Notes: generated by a model from the sequence alone, not told the origin. Positions 1 to 16,097 are shown, counted from the first letter of the stretch. The stretch is DNA of 64,000 nucleotides from Eledone cirrhosa (GCA_964016885.1 OZ024747.1:75454001-75518000); one strand, 5' to 3'. Made by a program: numbers and translations.

Positions 1-118
1 TATTTAGAACAAACACTACATGAACCTGAATGTAGATATATTTAGAACAAACACTACATAAATCTGAATGTAGATACACTTAGAACAAACACTACATGAA
101 TCTGAACGTAGATATACT
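1..118. repeat. ~38-40-bp tandem repeat, about 3 copies, cut by window edge
   Basis: TTAGAACAAACACTACATGAA(C/T)CTGAA(T/C)GTAGATA recurs three times. Confidence 0.85.
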
Positions 119-142
119 TTTCAGACACACACACACACACAC

Positions 143-626
143 ATTAATTTGTTGTTGCACACACGCAAGCACACACATACATGCAAATACATGTATAAAT
201 TATAGATTGGTTTTGATATTCATTGTTTGATTCAACGATTGATTGATGTAATCAGTTGTTAAATTGATCCATTGGTTTATCGATAGACTTAGATTGAACC
301 TTGCCACACACGACTTCCTCATATTTACCTCCCTTTAAAATAAAGGTAAAATAAAATCCTATTACAACTTTGTAAGACAGAACATTTCAAATGATATATT
401 AAACCCTGGATTATCTTATCTAAACCCTTCTACCTTCTTAACATTGTACATTACTTTATGTCACATTCTCAACAAAGTTGTACAAGTTAAATCATGTTTA
501 GTACTTTCTAAATATCAGTAATGTTACTGGCAGGGCAGGAGTGACTTTACATATCAACATAAAAGTTCCATCTAAGAATTATCCTGTATAAATTAAGCTA
601 CTCCCAACTTCGTTATACGAAACTAC
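143..626 (+). repeat. ~480-bp dispersed duplication; second copy at 60681-60729 + 61772-62208
   Basis: Near-identical from ATTAATTTGTTGTTGCACAC to GAAACTAC; the second copy is interrupted by a retroelement. Confidence 0.9.
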
Positions 627-664
627 GGTGTATAGAGGCCTATATATAAAAAAAATATATATAT

Positions 665-850
665 ATTTATTAAAATAACAGATTAAAGTTTAAGCAAAGA
701 ATCGGTGCTTTCACCCTTAACGGGTTCTTCTGAAACCCAGAATCTTTGCTTAAACTTTAATCTGTTATTTTAATAAATTTTTGGTCTATTTGATATATAT
801 TTATCCTTATCGAGTCCTCTTTGGATTTTAGTCTTCACATTTATTATTAT

Positions 851-853
<3 letters not shown>
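665..853. mobile_element. Penelope-like 3'-end repeat with fold-back; relatives at 24321-24425, 32641-32790, 37905-37990
   Basis: Inverted arms 665-699/743-778; shared GAAGACTAAAATCCAAAGAGG..CTCGATAAG block; minus-strand hammerhead-like CAGAAGA-ACCC-GTTAA-GGGT-GAAA; abuts (TA)n. Confidence 0.55.
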
Positions 854-903
<50 letters not shown>

Positions 904-1089
904 TCATGCATAAACTACAGCGAAACGTTTAGTGACGTGCAGATAAAATTATATGCACTCATTAACAACAAACACAGCTATACGTTTCAAGAAATAAACA
1001 TTTTTACTAATTAAGTAGGAAGGGATGGGCAGTACCCGTGGCCCTTTTCTGGGTCTCCTAGACTGCTGAGAAACAAGGGATAAAGCTTA

Positions 1090-1300
1090 CTCAAACCAGT
1101 GAACTGGTCCAAATGCTTGCAGCAGAGTAGATTCTGCTAAAGTCACTCAATGACCAAGTGGAGGTTTTACACCCAGCGATAGATTAACTCCTCCATTCAA
1201 GCCGGCTATAGTGGGATTTGAACTCAGAACATAAAGAGTGGGAACAAATACCACCAGGCAATTTAACTAATGCGCTAATGACTCTGACAATTCATTGCTT
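1090..1300 (-). mobile_element. tRNA-derived SINE, degenerate
   Basis: Minus-strand B-box-like TTCTGAGTTCAAATCCC matching other SINE copies. Confidence 0.55.
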
Positions 1301-1616
1301 ATGAATAATATATTTAGAGAGACATAATATGCTTTAACAGTCCAGGGATCACGTAACAGCACACACGCAAGCACGCACTCATACATACGTATATACATAT
1401 ATATATAAATAGACACACACACGCGCGTATGACCTGCACCTATTATGAAAATACAACCACACGCTGAGAATTATTCAAGTATGATTAAAGACTCATATGC
1501 ACATATGCGATCATGGCATAGACATATATACAGAGCAACAGTAACACAGGCACACACTTATAACATAGTAACACGTTCAGACCTACCAACATTTAATCTC
1601 TCTCTCTCACCCCCCC

Positions 1617-1652
<36 letters not shown>

Positions 1653-1729
1653 GTGTGTGTGTATGTATGTGTGTGTATGTGTGTGTATATATATATATAT
1701 ATGTATGTATTATGTATATATGTATGTAA

Positions 1730-1930
1730 AAGGTAAACAGAAATAACAACACAATCGGTACAGCATATGGAAGGAATATCTTAGGTTAACGCTTGAAATA
1801 TCAGAAAGAGAGCCTTAACGTTTCAGACACTAGTCCTTCATTAGAAGAAAGAATGAGAAATTAGAAAGATCGAAGGGACGGGCGAGGCGGAATCGGAAAA
1901 ACATATTTTTAGAGAAAAATAACAGGTCCA
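1730..1930 (-). mobile_element. Penelope-like 3' remnant with degenerate minimal hammerhead
   Basis: Minus 1813-1847: CTAATGA-AGGAC-TAGT-GTCT-GAAACGTTAAG. Confidence 0.45.
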
Positions 1931-2034
1931 TTCATGTTGCCATCTCTTGGAAAACTGTTGATGCTGGGGTTTTGAGTATGATATACTTTTTAGAAAAGTG
2001 GATGATGGAGTGTGTATATAGGTGTGTGTGTATT

Positions 2035-2274
2035 TATGAATAAGATATCAACACAAATTCCATGCTAGCTAAGGTTTCAAACGTCAAGCAGCATGGGACA
2101 TAGACATTCTATAATAAGTAAAATTAAGATGTATGAACATTGAAAGAACGGTCAGCCATCTTAGTTTTGCCTGAAGATAACTACTAAACTAAGAGATATA
2201 GAATGTCTATTTCGTATAGTGGTTGATGTTTGAAACCTCAGGTAGCATGCATCTGTGTTGAGATATTATTCGTA
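2035..2274. repeat. Diverged inverted repeat containing a hammerhead-like core
   Basis: Arms ~2035-2113/2197-2274; CTGAAGA at 2171, stem TAACTACTA/TAGTGGTTG, GAAAC at 2232. Confidence 0.55.
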
Positions 2275-2688
2275 CAACATATTTTGGCTTTGTATATTAC
2301 ATAGAGCACTTTTTACCTTGATCTATTCTTCGGAAATTCTAGGCACACATATATACAGACATATATATATACACACATATATAGCCACAGACACATATAT
2401 ACACACACATATATAGCCACACACACATATATACACACACACATATACACACACATATATAGTGCATTTTTAGAACCATTGAGTGATATGAAGATTTGAA
2501 TTTGTAAGTTAGAAATATCAGCGCTATTTTTTACTATGAAAAATAGTCAAAGCTGGACATAAAAACCCTGGAGACGGAAATATTTTATAACGCACTACAA
2601 ATTTCTTCCGTCTCTTGAGTTTACATATCCAACTTACACTATTTGTCATAAGGACCCCCCCCCCCCCCCCCAAAAAAAAAGCGAACCT

Positions 2689-3395
2689 ATTCAAATTCAA
2701 ATTCAATTCAATATATTTGGCAGAAATTAAAACATAGATGCTTCAGATGCCAAGTAAGGAGAGGATCGGGGCAACATTTACACAGTCCCAAACACAGTGG
2801 TCCAACACCGGTCCAATTTCGCCTTGAATTGTTGCGTGGTTGACACGTTGACTACTTCTTCTGGAAGCCGATTCCAGGGTCCAGAGATGCGGATCGAGAA
2901 AGCAGCTTTCCGTCTTAGGCAAAAGCGGTGGTGAAACAGCTTTTTGTCATGTCCACGTAGACCCCTTTCAAGTGCCGGAGTGATTAGGAGATCTTGAGGG
3001 AGATCGTAATGGCCATTGAAGAGATTGTAAGCCAAAATGAGATCGCCTCTTAGCCGTCGAAGGAGAAGAGGTTCAGCTTCTGCAGCCGGATTCGTAGGGC
3101 AGCTCATGAAGACCCTTTATCATTAGAGTTGCTAGTCGTTGAACTCTCTTCAAGTGATGGATATCCTGGATGAGATATGGGTTTGATGCTTGGATGCCAT
3201 ATTCTAGGTGCGGGCTCACGTGTGAGACATAGAGAGGCCTGAAAATTTCTGGAGTAAGTTTGGCAAAGGAGCGTCGAATAAGAAAAAGAGAGCTCCTTGC
3301 CTTGTTTGCGGCTTGAATGCAATGTTTTGATGGACGAGTCGACTAGCAGACCAAGATCTTTAGTCTCCTCAACCTCCTTCATAATATAATATTCG
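2689..3395 (-). mobile_element. CR1-clade LINE, 5'-truncated and frameshifted 3' end
   Basis: KDLG-, RRLRGDLI, RGH, WNRLPEEVV...FKAKLD motifs; short 3' UTR ending in a (TTGAA/TTTGAA)n tail. Confidence 0.85.
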
Positions 3396-3483
3396 TCGCC
3401 TGATATATATACTTATAAATATTTGTATGCATCGACATAAATGTAAATACCTATGTATTCACACACGCATACAGGCATACGCG

Positions 3484-3515
<32 letters not shown>

Positions 3516-3546
3516 CACACACATAAATAAATGTGTAACATTTTTC

Positions 3547-3618
3547 AGGTTCTACCGAGACTTGAACTCGGATCGCTGGATTCAGAGTCCAGAGTGCTAA
3601 CCATTACACCATAGAACC
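3547..3618 (-). tRNA. trnQ-CTG: tRNA-Gln, anticodon CTG
   Basis: GGTTCTATGGTGTAATGGTTAGCACTCTGGACTCTGAATCCAGCGATCCGAGTTCAAGTCTCGGTAGAACCT: 72 nt, paired acceptor stem GGTTCTA/TAGAACC, intact A and B boxes. Confidence 0.93.
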
Positions 3619-3714
<96 letters not shown>

Positions 3715-4100
3715 AACAATATACACATATAAAAAATGCTGATACATATGATAACATATAGACACACGTACACACACATAGACACACAAACACACACATA
3801 GACGCACAATGCACACACATATTTTAATTATACTTACATGAGGTACTGATCTGCTAAGTGGCGTGATCGGTTGTTGAAAAGACAAGGATCAGCAAGAAAT
3901 ATATTGATCTTACTACGTAATAGGAACGAGAAAAGGGAGAGAAGGATTAGAAAGATAACGAAGGTAGGGGGGAGGGGACAACACGGAAAGAAAGAGGAAA
4001 ATATATAATAAACAATGATTTAACGAGATAAGGTGTTGGTATGACAGGGTTGGTGCGTTGGTATATAAGAGATTAAATGTGTTGTTTTGTGATTGAGTGA

Positions 4101-4143
<43 letters not shown>

Positions 4144-4169
4144 TATATACACACACATGTATGTGTGTG

Positions 4170-4253
<84 letters not shown>

Positions 4254-4296
4254 AATATACATATACATATATATTAATATAGTGTCTGCGATTCAG

Positions 4297-4351
<55 letters not shown>

Positions 4352-5124
4352 GATGGGTGTTTACAAGAAAGGTTAGCTTCAAGTGGTTAACTTCTCCACC
4401 CGATCCTGTCAGGTAAAGTGGCTTCTGTTGTGTTTTGTTTGACACACAAAGCATTCAAGTAACCAACTCACCTCACTCGCCAACATTCTAACAGTAGAGG
4501 CTTTCATTAGAAGTCAGCGTCATCACTTGTGCAACGACTGTTCAATTATTTAACACTTAGATATTGTTTGGACTTTTGCTGGTGTGTCCGTGTGTGTGTG
4601 TGTGTACAGATTACATATATATATATATATATATATATATACTCACACATTCACAATGAGTGAGTGTGCATACTTCTTTGTATTGTAATCTTTTGTTTTT
4701 TCTGTCTTTTTCCAAACCATTATCCTGTTTTTATTGTTTTTGTGAAGGGCGGAGGGTGGTGTTGTAGTGGATCAGGTATAGTTTTCGAAAACAAACTACT
4801 TCTCCATTCATTTACAAAATTGGTTAGCAACACCAACACTTACACCTAATCCTAGCCCCAACATGAAATCCATACCACATCAAACCACACCACACCACAA
4901 CATATCGCCTCACAAGGCCACAACTCCATTACTACATTCATCTATTCTTAGAAAATGAAGGATAACAAGGGGTAAAAAACAAATTAAAGAAGAAGAAAAA
5001 TCAATAAATGGGAACAAAGTACAAAAAAGAACAACAACAACAATTATAAATATTGTGAGAGCAACTTAGACATATTAAGGAGTCAAATCAAAGACCAAAC
5101 AAACGCACACACACATACATATAT

Positions 5125-5249
<125 letters not shown>

Positions 5250-5613
5250 TATATATATATATTGGATTTACAAAAGAAGAAAACAGGAAGAGATCAAAAA
5301 GAAAACAAGACAAAACAAATATTGGATAAAATTTAAAAAGAAATAGAAAAAATGGGAAGAAAATAAAAAGTTAAGTTTGGAGCTAACTTGGCTGGGGATG
5401 TAGAATAATCTTTTATGATTTTGAAAGACATAGTATTAAAAGACTGTTAAAAATGCCAGCATAGAGAAAAGAGAATGGAAAAAATTGCTTTATAGCGGCT
5501 GACTCTTCAAAAGAAATATAACTGACATCGATAGCAAAGAGAAATTTACATGGACTAAAATTCTAAAAGGTAAAGGATGTTTATATATATATACATGTTT
5601 GTATGTATGTATG

Positions 5614-5660
<47 letters not shown>

Positions 5661-5671
5661 TTGTATGTATG

Positions 5672-5724
<53 letters not shown>

Positions 5725-5735
5725 TTGTATGTATG

Positions 5736-5787
<52 letters not shown>

Positions 5788-5866
5788 CGTATGTATGTGT
5801 CCATGTATACATGCTTGCATATATATATATATATATATAAATATATATATATATATGCAAGCATGT

Positions 5867-5914
<48 letters not shown>

Positions 5915-5974
5915 TGTTATTATTCTGAATAATGATATTGATACGAAGCAAAATAATAATAATATGTAGAAAGA

Positions 5975-6255
5975 ATTATTATTATTATTATTATTATTAT
6001 CAGCATCACCATCAGCATCATCATCATTCTAATTGTCATCAAGGTTATGAGGACGACGGAATAGGGGATGTTAATAATGATGATGATGATGATGATAATG
6101 ATGATATTGATCCTATCCCCCCCCCCTCACTTTATGAGAATGACGATGTTCACCATCATAGGCAACATCATCTTTATCAACATCATCATCATCATCATCA
6201 TCATCATTATCATTATCATCATATTCATCATCATCAACGTCGTCGTCATCACTGT
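5975..6255. repeat. (TTA)/(TCA)/(TGA) trinucleotide low-complexity tract
   Basis: Direct inspection. Confidence 0.85.
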
Positions 6256-6730
6256 TATTGATCTCATTTCCTGTATCCTCCTCCTCCTTCTCCATCACCA
6301 CAGCCCCCTCCCCCTCCTCCTCTCCCTCCTCATTTCACCTTCCCTAAGTCATATTTTCATTTTTAAATATTTATATATATTGGTGCGATTAAGTTTTTTT
6401 TCAAATTTTATTTCGGTCGTAATTATTTTTATACTATATTTTGTATAAACATTGTATGTTTCTTAATAAAATCGAATTAAATTTCACACTACACACATAC
6501 ATACAATCATGTATGTATGTACATACATATACATACATATACATACATACACAAATTCTTATACTCACACGTTCAAAGAAATATATATTTTATATATATA
6601 TATAATAATCATAATAATAAGTATAACCGAAGTTATATATACATATACATATGTATGTATATATATATATCTATATATATATGTATATATATGCGTGTGT
6701 GTGAGTTCACGCGTGTATAAAGAAATATAA

Positions 6731-6771
<41 letters not shown>

Positions 6772-6898
6772 GTGTGTATTCATGCGTTTATGTTAGAATA
6801 TATATGTATATTTATATATGCGTGTGCGTGTGTATATATATATATATAATATATATATATACATATATATATATACATATACACATATATATATATAT

Positions 6899-6979
<81 letters not shown>

Positions 6980-7239
6980 TTCAGCCTCAAATCGATGATG
7001 CTTAAAGTATTGAAGGAAATTGAGCGAAGTGGTGAATGTTTTCATCAAACACACACAATACTTTCATGTCACAATTTATGGCTAGTCTTGTTGTTGTTAG
7101 TTTTAATCTCACCGGAAATTACGCCTCTGTCATTCCTGAAATTTTCTTCATCCGAGTTATTTAATTGTTCATTTTATACAAAAAGCTACACAAAACAGTA
7201 CTTATATACACAAATATTCGCAAGCATACACAATTATAT

Positions 7240-7619
7240 TTATATATAGATGTATATATATATATATTTATATATAGATGTATGTATATATATATTATAT
7301 ATATGTATGCATATATTTATACATACATATACATAGAAACAGATACATATATATATATGTGTATATATATACATGTATATATATACACATATATGTATAT
7401 ATACTTATAAATATACATATATATATGTATATATATATATACATATAAATATATAAATATACATATATATGCATATATATATACATATAAATATACATAT
7501 ATATATATGAATATATATATATATATATATATAGATATACATATAAATATACATATATATGTATATAAATATGAATATATATATACATATACATATATAC
7601 ATATATATATATATGTATA

Positions 7620-7705
<86 letters not shown>

Positions 7706-7710
7706 TATAC

Positions 7711-7773
<63 letters not shown>

Positions 7774-7812
7774 CATATATACATATATATACATATATAT
7801 ATATATATATAT
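7240..7812. repeat. Compound (TA)n microsatellite; representative of dozens of (TA)n/(CA)n tracts, e.g. 5110-5260, 5580-5912, 25630-26080, 37990-38295
   Basis: Direct inspection; source of the YIYI/CVCV pseudo-ORFs. Confidence 0.95.
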
Positions 7813-8202
7813 TGAATAAAGTTTGAAGCTTCAACGTATCTTTTATGATAACAAATAGTCAACAAATGTGACATAAAGGCCCCTTGATCCCATCCAGGGG
7901 CGTTTATGTCTAAGTTGTTAGACTTACTAAAAAATAGGTTGAAACTTCTACTTTTAATTCAGTAAATCTACAGACCGTGTCAAAAATAGATCATATGTTT
8001 ATATTGGTCGTTGATACGGTTCTAAACTATTGCCTCATGCCTAGTCGTTTTATTCAGAGTGTCACACTTTCTTAACTTTGTGTTTACTCTGGACGAAAAT
8101 GTAGTAGATTTTCGCACCATCGAGTGCTTTGTAACCACCTCAAACTATCCGATTGTTAATTGTTCTATTGCGGCTACAACTTCGATTTATACCTTATATA
8201 CC

Positions 8203-8580
<378 letters not shown>

Positions 8581-8672
8581 TAAGGTCTGTTACCTACATA
8601 GAGCACTCTTTTTTCCTGGACTTTTCCGACGGAATTACTTCATTTTTATATATATATATATACACACACACC

Positions 8673-8970
<298 letters not shown>

Positions 8971-9157
8971 TATATAGGCATTTTTCATCATAAAAGATAC
9001 GTTGAAGATTCTAACTTTAATTCAATATATATATATATATATACGTACAAAGGGTGGGATGGAGAGAGAGAAAGGGTCCTGTCGGGGGAGAGGGACGCTC
9101 CGTTTGATGAGGGTGTGATCCAGAGCATTTGACCCCGATAAATCCAACACTGTTCAT

Positions 9158-9350
9158 GCCAAAATCGAACTCACGATACATATTCAGCCAAAATCGAACA
9201 CACTATACAAAATCGAACACACTATACATATTCAGCCAAAATCGAACTCCCTATACATATTCAGCCAAAATCGAACACACTATACATATTCAGCCAAAAT
9301 CGAACACACTATACATATTCAGCCAAAATCGAACGCCCTATACATATTCA
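9158..9350. repeat. 29-bp minisatellite, ~6-7 copies
   Basis: GCCAAAATCGAACACACTATACATATTCA repeated. Confidence 0.9.
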
Positions 9351-9658
9351 GACAAATAAAACCCCAACCAATTAAGTAGATGAAATCTTCCTGATGCACT
9401 CATTAACGAACACCTATATATATAATCTATACACCTGTGTGTATATAAATACACAATGTCTGATATATATGCAGAAATAGTTATGGAGAAGTTATTAAAA
9501 TTTGTAGAAATAGTTGAGAATATAAAAATTATAAAAGACTTCAATAAACCTTTATCTCTGTCTTCTTCCCCTTTTCCGTTGAGACACAAACATATACATA
9601 CACACACATTCCTAAATACACACATACACTTACACATACTTTTAGGAATGTATGTGGT

Positions 9659-9773
<115 letters not shown>

Positions 9774-9812
9774 CACATACACGCGCGCAAGCGTGTGCGA
9801 GCACACACACAC

Positions 9813-9855
<43 letters not shown>

Positions 9856-9872
9856 TTATATATGTGTATGTT

Positions 9873-9904
<32 letters not shown>

Positions 9905-9923
9905 TATATATATATATATACAT

Positions 9924-9966
<43 letters not shown>

Positions 9967-10484
9967 AGCACATACGCGCGTGTGCACGCGCACACACATA
10001 TATAGTCACACATCAAACGGTGTCATATTTACCAGGAAACGGTGCTTTGACATCTCTTGTAATAAATGATATCAAAAGAATGTAACTTCTGCCAAAGAGA
10101 TGATGATGATTGCTAAGTATGATGACGGCGATGGGAGCGGGGTTGAAGATTGTAGTAAGGATGATGATGATGGCTAGTATGATGATGGTGATGCTGACGT
10201 TTATGATGAATGGGATGAACGTGCTGATAATAAAGGCGATGATGATGATGATAATGTTGTTAGGTCAGATGTGATACAACAGACATGATCAAAGTTGTTT
10301 GAGCCGTGGCTATGTCATCTATATCTTTACTGGAGCACTGTCTACCTATGAGTAAAGTTGTGAGTGCGTACACCATGGTTATGTCATCTATATCTTTACT
10401 GGAGCATCGTCTACCTAGGATGTTGTGTGTGTACTTACTCTTTTACGTTTTTGAGCTTTTGATTTCATGGCATTCTTTGTGTTA

Positions 10485-10700
10485 GTCATGGTGATGGTTA
10501 TGATGATGGCAAGGGTGTTGATGGTGATGATAAGGTTTATGGTGATAATGGGGATAATTTTTATTGTGATGATGATGATGTTGGTGAAGGTGATGATGTT
10601 GGTGAAGGTGATGATGTTGGTGATGATGATGATGTTGTTCGTGAAGTTGGTGAAGGTGATGATGAGGGTGTTGATGATGGTGATGATGGTGATTGTGATA
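10485..10700. repeat. (GAT/GGT) low-complexity tract
   Basis: Direct inspection. Confidence 0.8.
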
Positions 10701-10934
10701 CTGTGTAGTTTGTGAAGGAGGATATGGAGGAGAAAAGGTGACGACAAATGACAGCTAAATAATTACTCACATTACAGTAAATGCAAGAAACCTTTATCCC
10801 CCAGGATGGGAAACCAGTCACTCGGTAGAAAGCTTTTTACACGACCTTCGCTTTTTACCTGAAGACATAATTAATTCCATGGTATTTTATTGGACTTTAA
10901 AACGAACAAATATTGCAAAATATGACTTTCGGTC

Positions 10935-11390
<456 letters not shown>

Positions 11391-12254
11391 ATTGAAAAAA
11401 TACTATGCACAATTTATTCAAATTTAAGAGCTCATGAGAGCTACATGTTAAAACATTATTTTAATATTTACAGCTTTACCCAGATAACACAGGCATGCAA
11501 AATGAAAGTCATTAAAATTGTTTTAATTCTAAGTAGTTATATTTTTTTTATTCCATCAACACAACAACAATAACAAAAAAGGGAACGTACAAAAAATCAA
11601 CAACTCAAAATATTCTAAATGTTTCTATTTCATCACATTTCAACCATATGCATAAAGGAAACAACACCAAGACTTATTGCACGCACGATATTTGAACTAC
11701 CATCAACATAGGGGAAACAACATACAGGTACATACATAAAGGAAAATATTCACATAGAGCCTCTTTAGTCTTTTACAATCTTACTTGTTTTGTTTTTACC
11801 TATAAAACTTCATTTAGTGGTTGGCTGTTTATACACTGTTTTTAGTTCATCACTATGGATAAACTAACAGTAAAGCGATATCATACTGGCTATTTATGTC
11901 TCTTCTACCTTCCAATGTAATATTTCCCCATTTTATTCATCTACTGCACCAAAACGTTTCGAGGAAAAATTCCAAATATGAAATTCAAAAGTGAACTTTA
12001 TATTTCATGTCTTTATACTTCACCAACAAATTTTTCAAGTTCTTTGGAATTCAGATTATTGTTGTGACATTAAAACAAAATATGAAATTGTTTCTTTGAA
12101 TAAAACTCAAGTAACTCGTTGAATTCTGTTTTAGAATTCTATTTTAGATATCATTTCTTAAATATTAAGTCAAGAAAATACGCCTTCTTTTTGAGTAGCA
12201 AAGATTTGGTACAAGTGTCTGAATAAAACAGCTTCCAGCTTTTGATAGTGCTTC

Positions 12255-12370
12255 GAGGATCCAGCCGGATCAATTGGAGACGGTTGTTTCTGACAGGACC
12301 CACTGGAGGGAGTGTTTGAGGACTTTATCCCCACGACCCTCTCAGGAATAAGTGGACGAGGAAGAAGAAC
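12255..12370 (+). mobile_element. RTE-type LINE 3' end
   Basis: Encodes IQPDQLETVVSDRTHWRECLRTLSPRPSQE*, then a GAA tail; same family as 58060-58305. Confidence 0.7.
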
Positions 12371-12435
12371 AAAAAAGAAAAGAAAAAGATAAAAATAAAA
12401 ATAATAAGGCGAAGATGACGATGACGTCGAAGAAG

Positions 12436-12610
12436 AAAAAGAAAAGAAAAGAAAAGAAAAGAAAAGAAAAGAAAAGAAAAGAAAAGAAAAGAAAAGAAAA
12501 GAAAAGAAAAGAAAAGAAAAGAAAAGAAAAGAAAAGAAAAGAAAAGAAAAGAAAAGAAAAGAAAAGAAAAGAAAAGAAAAGAAAAGAAAAGAAAAGAAAA
12601 GAAAAGAAAA
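12436..12610. repeat. (GAAAA)n microsatellite
   Basis: Long perfect run. Confidence 0.95.
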
Positions 12611-13309
12611 ATAATGAGAGGAAACAGACGAAGGAAAAGAAGTTTGATGATGGTTTTGACAGCAAGCTGTAGATTTATTTTCTGCTTGACTACTCTGTTC
12701 GGAACCCTGTGAAAATTCTTGGTTCTGTTGTCCCATTTACAGAAAGAAAGAAAAAACGTAAGAATATTTTTTACCCTGACCCCCTGACTCAGTAAGTCGC
12801 ATAACTTTCTGGTAACAACATATAAACCAATAACTATTCATTGTAGTCTACTTTTTCGAGAGTTACCAAATTCTGGCACCGTGTATTATCATTATAAATG
12901 GTCCTTTTATATTACATTCAGCTAATTCAATAAATTACCTTTATTCTTCTACGAGATAATCTCTTCCAGCGCTGCCAAGTTTCAGACTCTTATATACTTA
13001 CTGCAATAAACCAATGATCCATTTTTGTGTTAATGCGATGCTAAACTTCTTTCTCTATATTTGTAGCGAGAGATATTTGTAATGATATTTTTACCAATTT
13101 CCTACCGCTTTGAAGGCCATATTCATTCAAAATAAATTTCATCTCCAAAGTGAAACCGGTGTAATATTCAACTCCAAAGCGTCACTATTTTACGTAGAAT
13201 TTGAAGTTGATGAACATCGGCAAAAGATTCACCTCGAATATACGACCCTACCCCTTTTACCATTGATTATTTGGTCAAATATTTCTCGGTATATATACGT
13301 GTATATATG

Positions 13310-13363
<54 letters not shown>

Positions 13364-13365
<2 letters not shown>

Positions 13366-13800
13366 CTAGGGCGGGTAAAATTCCCGAGATCCATGGATGA
13401 GTTCTCTCCAGCGGTCTCTATCCCTCATTATCGCTGCCATGTCCTGTGTCTCCAACAGACCAGTGTCTGTCCTTAGGGCATCAACATACGTTAACCTTGG
13501 TCTTCCTCTTCCAGTGTGTCCATGTAGGGGATCCCACAGGAGCACTGAGTGCAATGTCAACTCTGGATGTCGGTGAGCATGCCCAGCTAACCTTAGTCTC
13601 CTTTGTGTTACTTTTGAGCTGACCTTTGGTAGGCTCCCATACAGCTCTGAGTTTTTCATCCTCAGTGTATACTGATTAATGTTCAGAGCCATCCTCAGCA
13701 TTCTCGTGTAGCACCCATCCACCATCTGAGTGAGTTTCTTGGTCAGTGTTCGTACAGTAGCACAGATTTCACTACAGCAATGAAGAGGCGGATTTTCAGT
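13364..13800 (-). mobile_element. RTE-type LINE 3' fragment inserted in (TA)n
   Basis: DGCYTRMLRMALNI...RRLRLAGH...GRGRPRLTYVD...MRDRDRWR; (TA)n on both sides. Confidence 0.85.
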
Positions 13801-13928
13801 ATATATATATATACACCCCCACTCTCAAGCGTGAAACTAATATTAACATTTTGTACTTAAGTTAAATGTGCAATGTTTTATCTGCATATTTCATTCATTG
13901 ATTGAGATCTCTAAGTATTAGAGACAAA

Positions 13929-14002
<74 letters not shown>

Positions 14003-14005
<3 letters not shown>

Positions 14006-14778
14006 AATACAAGTTAATATAAATTAATATATTTGATAAACACAAATATCCATGTTTGTATTGTAAACGACTAAGTTAGCTAGATTGAAAAATACTAATT
14101 ATACTAATACAGTTTGCCTGTCTCGATTTAAAATAATAAATCAATAAAAACAAAGCATATTGGCAAATGGCCGTGGTGCTTGGACAAATTTAAATTTCAA
14201 AATCAAACCTGTTCCGTAGACTGGTTTAAACCTTAAAATCCAAATAAGTTTCGAAAAATGAAACAGTGAAAGAATACCGCATTTCTATCTCCTCAGCAAG
14301 CACCAGAAAAATTGGTATGTTTCACTTCAAAATATTTAAAAAGACTGTTTAACGTACATGGTTTTTTTACACATGGTTATCCAGTGTCTAGCTACCGCAT
14401 ACTCGTGCTGCTCGAAGTAACAGCCGTTAATATGGGGTTAAATTTAGCTCTACGTAAGGAGCAGGGATACTATTAATAATGAGTTCAAAACTCAGGTAGT
14501 CCTTTACAAAGAAATAGCTCAAAGAAAGAAGTATTTCTGAGCCGTGTAATACAAGTTAATATAAATTAATATATTTGATAAACACAAATACCAACATATC
14601 CATGTTTGTATTGTAAACGACTAAGTTAGCTAGATTGAAAAATACTAATTATACTAATACAGTTTGCCTGTCTCGATTTAAAATAATAAATCAATAAAAA
14701 CAAAGCATATTGGCAAATGGCCGTGGTGCTTGGACAAATTTAAATTTCAAAATCAAACCTGTTCCGTAGACTGGTTTA
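14003..14778. repeat. Direct duplication of ~225 bp (14003-14228 and 14546-14778)
   Basis: Near-identical TGTAATACAAG...GACTGGTTTA with one 8-nt indel. Confidence 0.9.
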
Positions 14779-14976
14779 GAATTAAAAGCATTTCGATTAA
14801 AATTAAAAGCTTTATCTCCCCTGTTTGCTGAAAGTTTAAAGTAAGTGAGTCTGTCACTACTCTAAAACAAAAGCATAAGGTCTTCGAAATGCTTTTAATT
14901 AAGCATACAGTGTATTGCAAAATACACTATATATACATTCATATATATATATTTATTTCCAAGCGCCAATTCTAAT

Positions 14977-15080
<104 letters not shown>

Positions 15081-15162
15081 GTTATATTTAATTTGTTGGG
15101 ATACAACAAGCAAAATATTTTTATAACTGATATAAAGCACTCAACAAATTATTGGAGTAAAT

Positions 15163-15306
15163 ATACAATATATTAACAAATGAAAACAATATTTATAAAA
15201 CCATATTTATTTCATTATACATATTTCAAGGGCCACCAAGGCAAAAATGAAATGAAAAAAATATGGTTTTATAAATATAGTTTCCATTTGTTAATATATT
15301 GTATAT
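15163..15306. repeat. AT-rich inverted repeat
   Basis: AATATATTAACAAATGAAAACAATATTTATAAAACCATATT mirrored by AATATGGTTTTATAAATATAGTTTCCATTTGTTAATATATT. Confidence 0.75.
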
Positions 15307-15374
15307 ATATATATGTAGATATATATATATATGTATGTATGTATGCACACTATCAGTGCTAAAGTATGCAACAC

Positions 15375-15442
<68 letters not shown>

Positions 15443-15866
15443 TTCTTTCTCTCTCTCTCTCTCATCTTATTTTGTTGTTGATCACAAGAGCAGTATATGA
15501 TGGAGAGTGTACGCATTCCACTTAATATGATGTTAATGTCACCAAAGAAATCATTGGCTCATTAACTCAAAGCTAATTACAAAGATATGATACCAACTGA
15601 ACTGTCATTAGCGTGACTCGAAACATATGTATTAAGTAAGTAATCACTCAGACAAGAAAACAATAATAACATTGTCCATTGTTGAAAACACATTTATGTC
15701 CATTGAGAAACACACCCGTACACACACACTCTTTTTCTCTTACGTCCATTGACAGCCACAGACACACACACAGGCAGGCACACACTTAGAGGGGTGCATA
15801 CACACATATATATAGTTTAGTGATTGTACTAAGCAGAGTGTAATAGTAATAAGTATTACTTATCAT

Positions 15867-15924
<58 letters not shown>

Positions 15925-16097
15925 TCTTTTACTCTTTTACCTGTTTCCAGCCATCAAGATTTTACCAGTTTTAAATTAGACCATTATTCAATACTTGGGT
16001 TACTAGAGTGTAACTAATTTAGAAAGACACTAGGCCCAATGGCTGAGCTCTTGCCATTTCCATTGTCAAGACGGCAAGATCTCAGGCGCCGGGCCTG

